Sequence record: PP712906.1
Reading direction: 5' to 3' (one strand)
Length of the DNA: 24,000 bases
Source: Vibrio phage TCU-VP03-AIR1
The notes under the pieces are model-generated. The model saw nothing but the letters and a program-made list of their open reading frames with translations. It did no database searches and was not told the origin of the DNA. Position 1 is the stretch's first letter. Each line of letters opens with the position of its first letter. Position numbers and translations under genes: made by a program. Of the stretch, positions 17,302 through 24,000 are shown in pieces.

Positions 17302-18604
17302 GCGTACTGAAAAAGAGAAGATCTTGAAGTCTGAAGCAAGCAACGAATTGCTGAAGCGAGTCTTCCAACTTGCGTACACGCCAACATATCAGTACAACAT
17401 GAAAAAACTGCCTGAAGTTTGTCATGAAACTGCTGCTCTACACGTCGATTGCTATCTTCCGCTTGAAGAAGCACTTGAGCATGTGTTTGATGCGCTAGTG
17501 ACTAAACAAACTCGCGGTCAAGCTGCTCAGACTGTTGTCTCTAACATCTTGAAGCAAGTAACTGCTGATGATGCTGAGGTGATTCGTCGTGTGATTCTAC
17601 GAGATTTGCGCACTGGTTGTACTGGCAGCACTGCTAACAAAGTGTGGAAGAAACTGATTCCTGAGCAGCCACAAATGCTTGCAAGTGCGCATAACGAAAA
17701 GCTAATCGACGCGATTCTGACTAAAATCGCATATGCTGAACTAAAAGCAGACGGCGCACGCTGTTTTGCTCACGTTGACCTTGACGGTAATATTACGCTG
17801 ACATCGAGAAACGGCAAACCGTATCTTGGCTTACAGAAAGTAGAGAAAGCATTGACTGCAATGGGCGTGAATGGCTTTGTAATTGACGGTGAGCTTGTCT
17901 ATGCACCGAATGGTCTGCACGCAGTTGAAGACCGTTCAACTGGTAACGGCATCGTTAACAAAGCAAGCAAAGGCACGATTTCTCTAAAAGAGCAAGCTGA
18001 CATCATCTTCCAAGTATGGGACATCATCCCAGAAGATGTGTACTTCGGCAAGTCAAACGAACTCAACATGGCGTACAGCAAGCGTAAGCGTGTTTTAGCA
18101 GATGTTGCGCTTAAAGCAAAGGGTGTCATTGAGCCGATTCCGTGGCAAACAGTTTCGACTAAAGAACAAGCGTCTGAAATCTACAATCAGTACGTTGCTC
18201 AGGGTCTAGAAGGCATCATCTTGAAAGATCCAGATGCGCTTTGGGAAAACAAGCGAAGCAAATCACTTGTGAAGTACAAAGAAGTGCATGACGGTGATCT
18301 TGAGATCATTGAAGTCATCGAAGGCGACAAGAAGAACAAAGGCAAGATGGGTGCTCTTCTATTGCGTTCAGCTTGCGGTAAGTTGATTACTAAAGTTGGT
18401 AGCGGATTCACTGACAAAGATCGCGAAGAAATCTGGGAACGTCGTGATGAAGTTATCGGCATGATTGTCGAAATCAACTACAACGCGATTACTCGCGCAC
18501 GAAACAAAGACACATGGTCGTGTTTCTTGCCAATTTTCGTGCAATTCCGCGACGACAAAGACGTTGCGAACATGCTTGAAGAAATGAGCGGGTTCAAGGG
18601 TTAA
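17261..18604 (+). CDS. 30: ATP-dependent DNA ligase
   Basis: 447 aa; AELKADGARCFAH (motif I KxDGxR), VIDGELVY (motif III), EGIILKDP (motif IV), SLVKYKE (motif V). Confidence 0.93.
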   Translation: MILPILNKLAATTKRTEKEKILKSEASNELLKRVFQLAYTPTYQYNMKKLPEVCHETAALHVDCYLPLEEALEHVFDALVTKQTRGQAAQTVVSNILKQVTADDAEVIRRVILRDLRTGCTGSTANKVWKKLIPEQPQMLASAHNEKLIDAILTKIAYAELKADGARCFAHVDLDGNITLTSRNGKPYLGLQKVEKALTAMGVNGFVIDGELVYAPNGLHAVEDRSTGNGIVNKASKGTISLKEQADIIFQVWDIIPEDVYFGKSNELNMAYSKRKRVLADVALKAKGVIEPIPWQTVSTKEQASEIYNQYVAQGLEGIILKDPDALWENKRSKSLVKYKEVHDGDLEIIEVIEGDKKNKGKMGALLLRSACGKLITKVGSGFTDKDREEIWERRDEVIGMIVEINYNAITRARNKDTWSCFLPIFVQFRDDKDVANMLEEMSGFKG

Positions 18605-18605
18605 T

Positions 18606-18628
18606 AAAAGGGGCTTTCGCCCCTTTTT
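18606..18628 (+). terminator. Rho-independent terminator
   Basis: AAAAGGGGC-TTTC-GCCCCTTTTT. Confidence 0.92.
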
Positions 18629-18630
18629 CG

Positions 18631-18638
18631 TATAAATA
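18631..18638 (+). promoter_or_regulatory. T4-type late promoter
   Basis: Exact TATAAATA, directly after terminator, 21 nt before ATG 18660. Confidence 0.8.
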
Positions 18639-18659
18639 CTTTCATTTAGAGAGAAAGCT

Positions 18660-19541
18660 ATGATTATATTCGAAGACATTAATCCGCTTTGTGAAGCATT
18701 TGACCGCCCAGCACCTTATAAATGGGATTCTATGTACAACGAAGCTCGATTTACGGTTGGGAACGTGCAGTATGTCGCGTTTATCAAAGATAATGACACA
18801 GCAAGAGGTTTAAGTCTGTATGTGGCATTTCAGCGTCGTGATAACGCAACTGGTCAATGGACTCACTCACTTGCTAAAGGCTCGCCGAAAGACGCAATGA
18901 CGGTATTGAGCACAATACTGGCAGCAACATTTGACAAGGCATCAAAAGTTGAACCGAATGAAATTACATTCAGTGCATTTCGTGACGCAGAGGACGAAGA
19001 CGCAAATAAGCGTTTTAGACTGTACAAGCGTATGGCTGAGCGATACGCAAAGCAAATGAATTACACAGTTCATATCACTGGTAATAGCTTCACACTAACA
19101 AACAACAATGCACCTAAGGTTAGACGACTTCACAATGACGGCATTCACAAAGATGATGAACTTACATACGTAAATTTCCCTGCTTGTAATGCATTCACAT
19201 GGGCGAAGCTTTTCTGGCTCGACAATGACGGCGATTACATCAAACTTACATTACCTCACGGTCGTATTCACATTGTGAAAAAATCAAGTGACGTGATTGA
19301 AATCGAAGCAATCACACCGAAAGGTCGTTTTGACAATCTAGATTCAGATGAGATTTGGATGTCGATGTTATCTGATATTAAAGTGAAAGCTAGAGGCGGA
19401 AGCACATTTACTATATCAGAGAAAGGCGCGATTTTAGATGCGGGTGATATGATTTTGTGTGAGCAAGGTACGTTTTATTACCTAAGTTCTGAAGATGATT
19501 TCAAAGAAATATGGGGATATGAAATCGTCTCGATTGAATAA
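18660..19541 (+). CDS. Hypothetical late protein, possibly virion-associated
   Basis: 293 aa ORF with T4-type late promoter upstream and terminator downstream. Confidence 0.8.
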   Translation: MIIFEDINPLCEAFDRPAPYKWDSMYNEARFTVGNVQYVAFIKDNDTARGLSLYVAFQRRDNATGQWTHSLAKGSPKDAMTVLSTILAATFDKASKVEPNEITFSAFRDAEDEDANKRFRLYKRMAERYAKQMNYTVHITGNSFTLTNNNAPKVRRLHNDGIHKDDELTYVNFPACNAFTWAKLFWLDNDGDYIKLTLPHGRIHIVKKSSDVIEIEAITPKGRFDNLDSDEIWMSMLSDIKVKARGGSTFTISEKGAILDAGDMILCEQGTFYYLSSEDDFKEIWGYEIVSIE

Positions 19542-19542
19542 A

Positions 19543-19571
19543 AAAAAAGGGAGCAAATTGCTCCCTTTTTT
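19543..19571. terminator. Bidirectional terminator between convergent genes
   Basis: AAAAAAGGGAGC-AAATT-GCTCCCTTTTTT; symmetric, ends two genes facing each other. Confidence 0.92.
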
Positions 19572-19573
19572 GA

Positions 19574-21238
19574 TCATGGTGTTAGAGGACTACGCTCTTT
19601 AACCTTGCGTTCATCGTCGATGTCAATATCAACAACTCGCATGAAGTTAGCGACTTCGGTTAGCTCATGTAAACGGTCTTGCTTTTTGTAAGCAGACAGA
19701 ACACCGATTTTCGCTGAATTGTCTTTGACTTTCAATCGAATCACCGCATCGAACTCAGACAATTGAACCACGTCGGCTTCGAACATCGTATTACGGTTGA
19801 TGATGAAATCACAATCGCCTTTCTTCCCGTATTTGCCTGGTGCTAGAACAGGTAACCCGTCAGACTCAATAACAAACACAACGTTCAGTTTTCTGTCAGA
19901 TTCGAGCATATCACGCATAATTGATTTGCTATTCTTGCTCGTCGCGTTGACGATTGTTTTCGCGCTAGATTCAACAAAGTCACATGCAACAAATGGATCA
20001 GTTGATGATGTAATGAACGCAGTTGAAACGAACGCACCAGATTCAAGAATCGAGGCGACACGTTTGCTAGACATTTCACAACCACGATATAACGTAACGC
20101 CATTCGACACCTTACCAGCTTCATAGAAAGCTCGGTCTAAGCGAGAAATTGCATCCCTAACCTTTTCATCACCAGTGCCGTGAACTAACTCTTCATTGAC
20201 CTTCCACGAATAACGAGACGCAGAATAGCGAGAAATTGCAGCTTGGGTAAGAGAAGATAGACCAGCATATGAATCTTCTTGCATCATTTGCAACGATAAT
20301 TGGTCATATTGCTTCTCAAACGCACGTGAGCGGGCTTTTAACAGTGCGGAGCATACTTCACTAATCAAATTAGATTTAACGCCCTCTGAACGTGCTGAAG
20401 CGATATATGGGTTCATTCGTTCTGCTACATCAACAAGGTCGATGTTCATATCAACAATTGCTTGAGCAGCGTTAGCCAATTTCGTTAGACCGTCAGTTGC
20501 TGCCGCTTCGGTTAATTGCTGCTTGATAGATGCACTGACACGCGCTTCCATTTGTGGCATTTGCAGAATTTGATTCGGGACGCGAACGGCAGGGTTTTCT
20601 TCTACCCATTGACCTAGAACATCATCTTCATAATCATCATAGCCAACATCGGCAGTCACGATGATTGTTTTCTTGCTTGAAATGTCAGTCTCTTTCGCCA
20701 TTTTAGCAGCAAGAATATTGATTGTTTCTTCGGTTGCTTCGACGAGTTTATCAGCGTCATAGCCAGGTTTCGTGATCACGAAGAAGCTGAAATCTTCAGC
20801 CATTTCATTATCACCGACGTTCATGATTTTAGTCGTTTCGCAGCCGTATCGAAGTTTCTTGAACAGCGTTTTAACACGCATGTCGAACATTTTACCGCTA
20901 CCGATCTTTTGAATACGCATAGACACAGCGTTGGCACGTGTTTTCAACATGAAACTTTGGATCAATTTAACCAATGTTTCTTGAAACTTTTCTTGGTCTC
21001 CCATGTCACGAATGGTTAATCCGCCTTTTTTGCCTCGCATTGCTGAGACAGTACAGAACCACGAACGTTTTCCGCGATTTCCGATGTTTGATTTTGTTTT
21101 AGTTGTGAACGAAACTACAACGTCACGAGCTTCGCCTTTCATATCGATCACAAAGAATTTGTTTTCTTTGGTCGAGCGAGCCGGATAGTAGTCGTACGTT
21201 GCGCTCATGTTTTCAGTTAATTGTTGAAATCCAATCAT
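19574..21238 (-). CDS. ADP-ribosyltransferase-like protein (R-S-E type fold, Alt-like arrangement)
   Basis: 554 aa, only credible minus-strand gene; C-terminus VTLYRG...GAFVSTAFITSST...GDCDFIINRNTMFEADVV matches the R / STS / ExE region order. Confidence 0.7.
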   Translation of the reverse strand: MIGFQQLTENMSATYDYYPARSTKENKFFVIDMKGEARDVVVSFTTKTKSNIGNRGKRSWFCTVSAMRGKKGGLTIRDMGDQEKFQETLVKLIQSFMLKTRANAVSMRIQKIGSGKMFDMRVKTLFKKLRYGCETTKIMNVGDNEMAEDFSFFVITKPGYDADKLVEATEETINILAAKMAKETDISSKKTIIVTADVGYDDYEDDVLGQWVEENPAVRVPNQILQMPQMEARVSASIKQQLTEAAATDGLTKLANAAQAIVDMNIDLVDVAERMNPYIASARSEGVKSNLISEVCSALLKARSRAFEKQYDQLSLQMMQEDSYAGLSSLTQAAISRYSASRYSWKVNEELVHGTGDEKVRDAISRLDRAFYEAGKVSNGVTLYRGCEMSSKRVASILESGAFVSTAFITSSTDPFVACDFVESSAKTIVNATSKNSKSIMRDMLESDRKLNVVFVIESDGLPVLAPGKYGKKGDCDFIINRNTMFEADVVQLSEFDAVIRLKVKDNSAKIGVLSAYKKQDRLHELTEVANFMRVVDIDIDDERKVKERSPLTP

Positions 21239-21270
21239 TTTATAGACTCACCCTTTAGAAAATATATGAG

Positions 21271-21278
21271 TATTTATG
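21271..21278 (-). promoter_or_regulatory. Variant T4-type late promoter for the minus-strand gene
   Basis: CATAAATA on minus strand, 32 nt upstream of the start codon at 21238. Confidence 0.55.
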
Positions 21279-21327
21279 ATGCACATAACACCCGTTGAAA
21301 ATATTTTAAACTTTTTCGCAAAAAAGG

Positions 21328-21368
21328 TTGCACAACGATAATGTTATCTCCTATGATTACTTCATCAA
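21328..21368 (+). promoter_or_regulatory. Putative promoter P3
   Basis: TTGCAC (21328-21333), 18 nt, TATGAT (21352-21357), 5 nt, CATCAA; palindrome GATAATGTTATC in spacer. Confidence 0.6.
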
Positions 21369-21396
21369 AACGAATTAACAAAAAGAGAGAACAATT

Positions 21397-21900
21397 ATGA
21401 ATGCACAATCAATGACTAACGCTCAAATCGCTGAACTATTCGACATGACAGTTGACGCAAACGGTTTTCAAGCAGTTGATGCGAAAGGTCGTCGTCATTA
21501 CCTGACCGACTTACGTCAAAAAGCAATGAAAGCTGCTAAGACGAAGAAAGCACGTAAAGTACGCGCTGAAGCACAACCTAAAGCAACTGCCGAAGAACTA
21601 CTTGCAGAACTACAAAGCGAGTCGTCAGATTTCTGGGAAATTCGCGAATCTCAGCCAGGGATGGACTCTGAAGAACACGGTCTGAACGTGTACGTGACTG
21701 CTGGTCTGCCTGATCGTCACCGCGTAATGATTCGCTCAAGTGTTTTGACAAACAAAGAGCTTGAACGCGAACTCGGCTACTTGAAGCCTACAAATCAGAA
21801 AGAAGAACAGCGTCGCAACAAATCGACAATTATCTTCTCTAATCGTTCAGCGAAAGAAATCGTTGAAATCATTGAAAAAGTGAAGTCAATTAGTGAATAA
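21397..21900 (+). CDS. Hypothetical protein
   Basis: 167 aa ORF, AAAGAGAGAACAATT-ATG initiation region. Confidence 0.8.
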   Translation: MNAQSMTNAQIAELFDMTVDANGFQAVDAKGRRHYLTDLRQKAMKAAKTKKARKVRAEAQPKATAEELLAELQSESSDFWEIRESQPGMDSEEHGLNVYVTAGLPDRHRVMIRSSVLTNKELERELGYLKPTNQKEEQRRNKSTIIFSNRSAKEIVEIIEKVKSISE

Positions 21901-21935
21901 TGTGAAATAAATCACGAAAAAGTAGTTTTCGGGTA

Positions 21936-21975
21936 TTGACAATAACACATCAATACCCGATAATAAACACATCAA
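21936..21975 (+). promoter_or_regulatory. Putative promoter P4
   Basis: TTGACA (21936-21941), 17 nt, GATAAT (21959-21964), 5 nt, CATCAA; flanking 10-bp inverted repeat. Confidence 0.7.
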
Positions 21976-22008
21976 GACGAGATACGAACTACTTAAAGAG
22001 AGAACATT

Positions 22009-22833
22009 ATGACAATCACTAAAGCAGAAATGAAAGCAATCGCACTTGATCTAATGAGCGGTAACAATCTAATGCAACGCGATTTGATTGCTGAAGGTTG
22101 GTCTTTCGAATTCTCAACTCGCAAAGCTGCACTTGGTGACTGTAACTACCGTACTAAAGTACTACGTCTTTCTGAAGTGTACTTGAATGCTCGTACTAAA
22201 GAAGAGCAAATCAACACAATCACTCACGAAATGGCTCACGCAATCGCGTACACTGATTTCAACGAACGTGGTCATGGTGCTATCTGGAAGCGTGTGCATC
22301 GTCAACTAGGCGGTACTGCTGAACGTTGTTCAACTGTTTCAAACCCTGAAGCCGTAGACAGCAAGTACGTTGTTTTCTTCGAAAACGCTCAGGGTGAACT
22401 AGAAGTAGTTCAAAAAATGGATCGCATGACTAAGCGTTTTCAACCAGTACACATCAAGTCTCTATACTTGAAAGGTCGCAAAGCTGAAACTGAAGGTCAA
22501 CTTCGTTGTGTTTCTTCAGCGACGTTCAAAGCTATCAAAGCTGATTTAGAAGCTAAAAAAGCTGATAACGCTGAAGCAGCAAAACCAGTTGAACCAGTTG
22601 CACCTAAAGCTAAGAAAACTGAAACACCTAAGCCTGCTAAGAAAGTTTCAGCACGCGGTCAAGCTGCTCGTGACGCAATCGCAGAAATCGTGATGACTAC
22701 TACTCACAAAGGTTGCAAGTCAGTGTCTTTCGAACAGCGTGGTAAATACAAAGACTGGTACATCATGATTGAACTAGAAGCTCACACAATCGAACAGCGT
22801 CTAGATACTTTCAAAAAGAAACACAGTTTGTAA
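22009..22833 (+). CDS. SprT-like zinc metalloprotease-domain protein with C-terminal extension
   Basis: 274 aa; THEMAHAIAYTDFNERGHGAIWKRVHRQLG (HExxH plus downstream E/GHG), K/P/A-rich linker, then a second domain. Confidence 0.8.
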   Translation: MTITKAEMKAIALDLMSGNNLMQRDLIAEGWSFEFSTRKAALGDCNYRTKVLRLSEVYLNARTKEEQINTITHEMAHAIAYTDFNERGHGAIWKRVHRQLGGTAERCSTVSNPEAVDSKYVVFFENAQGELEVVQKMDRMTKRFQPVHIKSLYLKGRKAETEGQLRCVSSATFKAIKADLEAKKADNAEAAKPVEPVAPKAKKTETPKPAKKVSARGQAARDAIAEIVMTTTHKGCKSVSFEQRGKYKDWYIMIELEAHTIEQRLDTFKKKHSL

Positions 22834-22843
22834 TCTCTCAATT

Positions 22844-22864
22844 AGCCCCGAAAGGGGCTTTTTT
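22844..22864 (+). terminator. Rho-independent terminator
   Basis: AGCCCC-GAAA-GGGGCT hairpin followed by T run. Confidence 0.92.
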
Positions 22865-22894
22865 AGGTTTGAGGCGGAAAAATTCCGTCTCATC

Positions 22895-22939
22895 TTAGTA
22901 GAATTAGTGCTTTTAGTGATATTAGAAGTATTAGTAAGA
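22895..22939. repeat. Phased 9-nt TTAG array (5 units)
   Basis: TTAGTAGAA TTAGTGCTT TTAGTGATA TTAGAAGTA TTAGTAAGA; TTAG at 22895, 22904, 22913, 22922, 22931. Confidence 0.85.
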
Positions 22940-22943
22940 TTTG

Positions 22944-22972
22944 TTTAACAAACACCTTGACAGCCGTATAAT
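22944..22972 (+). promoter_or_regulatory. Putative promoter of the glutaredoxin gene
   Basis: TTTAAC (22944-22949), 17 nt, TATAAT (22967-22972). A TTGACA lies inside the spacer, too close to serve as -35 for this -10. Confidence 0.6.
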
Positions 22973-22990
22973 ACACGTCGAGGTGATGAA

Positions 22991-23230
22991 ATGATAACGA
23001 TATACACAATTCCTAACTGTGACGGTTGTCGTCACGCTATCGCCCTCTGTAAGTTCAAACACGTTCCGTATACTGTAATCGAGTTACAGTCGCAGACTGA
23101 CATCGACCAATTACATCAAAAGCTTGGTGATAATCGCAACATTCGCGTTCCTCTTGCTATGCATGGTGACACATACATCGGTCACCTGCCTGAATTGAAG
23201 AAATGGGTTGATGAACAGACGTATAAATAA
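22991..23230 (+). CDS. Glutaredoxin-like protein
   Basis: 79 aa; IYTIPNCDGCRHAI (CxxC), RVPLAM (cis-Pro), LPELKKWVDE. Confidence 0.85.
   Translation: MITIYTIPNCDGCRHAIALCKFKHVPYTVIELQSQTDIDQLHQKLGDNRNIRVPLAMHGDTYIGHLPELKKWVDEQTYK
23222..23229 (+). promoter_or_regulatory. T4-type late promoter
   Basis: Exact TATAAATA overlapping the end of the glutaredoxin gene, upstream of a capsid-like gene. Confidence 0.85.
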
Positions 23231-23289
23231 AAGAAATTACGTACATTCTCTCCGCTGAAATGCGGCAATAAATTAAAGGAATCAAACAA

Positions 23290-24000
23290 TGACTGTATCT
23301 AATAGTAACGGTTTACCAGACATTGTTACTGTTCAAAAACGACTATATCCGCTGATCTTCACGGAAATCGTTTCTGAACAGCCAACAAAGCAACCCGTTG
23401 CAACTGCTTACGGATTTAAAGCTGTACCTGAAGCTGATGACGGCAGCGGCTGGACACAATTTGGGTTTAGACTTGATCGTTGGTATGCTCAAGTTGAATC
23501 TTCAAAAATGAAGACTGAAATCTCTCTTGAAACGCTGCAAGATATGCAAGCACTTGGGGTTAGCAATTCAGTGATCGTAGACTCACTAGCTGACCAAATT
23601 GCTGATGAAATCAATACGTCGATTATCGGTGCGTTAAATAGCATTTCAACTGTTGGTACTGCACTAACCCTGACGGGTAATAATGATTTTGAAAAAGGTC
23701 AAGATCTTTATACGAAAGTACACCTAGCAGCGGCTGAAATTGAAAAAACAACTGGTTGTAAAGGCACATATGTCGTTGCGGGCGGTAAATGTTTCGGTTA
23801 TTTGACTGGTTGTGGTGTTGTACAGCGAGTTGGCGAATCGGACGTTTACAAAGCATGGTCTGGTTTATACATCGTACACGACAAATACGCAACAAGCGAT
23901 TACGTGACTGTAGGTGTTAAGAAAGACATGGGTGATTATGAAATCTCAAGTCTAGTATTCAGCCCGTATCAATTCGACCAAGCGAATGACGGTGCGATTG
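23290..24000 (+). CDS. T4 gp23/gp24-like capsid protein (3' end outside window)
   Basis: MTVSNSNGLPDIVTVQKRLYPLIFTEIVSEQPTKQPVATAYGFK...KMKTEISLETLQDMQ...LADQIADEIN...DKYATSDYVTVGVKKDMGDYEISSLVFSPYQ resembles gp24/gp23 core segments. Frame open to window end. Confidence 0.75.

Noticed and set aside
19797-20126. 109-aa and 79-aa plus-strand ORFs opposite the ART-like gene
   Set aside because: Antisense to the long 554-aa frame with recognisable motifs; no supporting signals.
22871-22948. Hydrophobic leader peptide LVELVLLVILEVLVRFV over the TTAG array
   Set aside because: No ATG in the frame and no Shine-Dalgarno; only an internal GTG giving a very short peptide.
22957-22972. TTGACA and TATAAT as a consensus promoter pair
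   Set aside because: Only 4 nt separate the hexamers, incompatible with sigma70 spacing; the TTTAAC 17 nt upstream is preferred.
1-24000. CRISPR arrays, rRNA, tRNA genes, transposons or integrase
   Set aside because: No repeat-spacer arrays, cloverleaf-like sequences in the small intergenic gaps, terminal inverted repeats or transposase/integrase motifs were seen by eye; tRNAscan-SE would be needed for a firm negative on tRNAs.

Overview
This window looks like dense, T4-like myovirus DNA. The evidence is recognisable T4-superfamily proteins: DexA-like exonuclease, trimeric dUTPase, thymidylate synthase, fused gp39-type topoisomerase II subunit, ATP-dependent DNA ligase, primase-like zinc finger/TOPRIM protein, and a gp23/gp24-like capsid protein at the right edge. 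T4-type late promoters (TATAAATA) sit before the two plus-strand late genes, and a CATAAATA variant sits before the single minus-strand gene. Nearly all genes are on the + strand, often with ATGA or TAATG overlaps. Most noteworthy: (1) a 66-aa ORF with a textbook type IV prepilin/pseudopilin N-terminus beside thyA; (2) a minus-strand 554-aa ADP-ribosyltransferase-like protein with D-C-D where the catalytic E-x-E is expected, a possible prohead-protease site, and its own late-like promoter; (3) four promoters sharing core spacing plus a downstream CATCRA element and leader, three of them with strong inverted repeats around core elements; (4) a phased 9-nt TTAG array upstream of a glutaredoxin gene; (5) a long hairpin in the translation-initiation region of the gene at 15594; (6) a divergent Sir2 protein; (7) a small paralogous family with an N-terminal 'ARAR' motif and a C-terminal LxxxW end. 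No CRISPR array, rRNA, convincing tRNA or transposon was seen. All homology calls are by eye from motifs; no database search was run.
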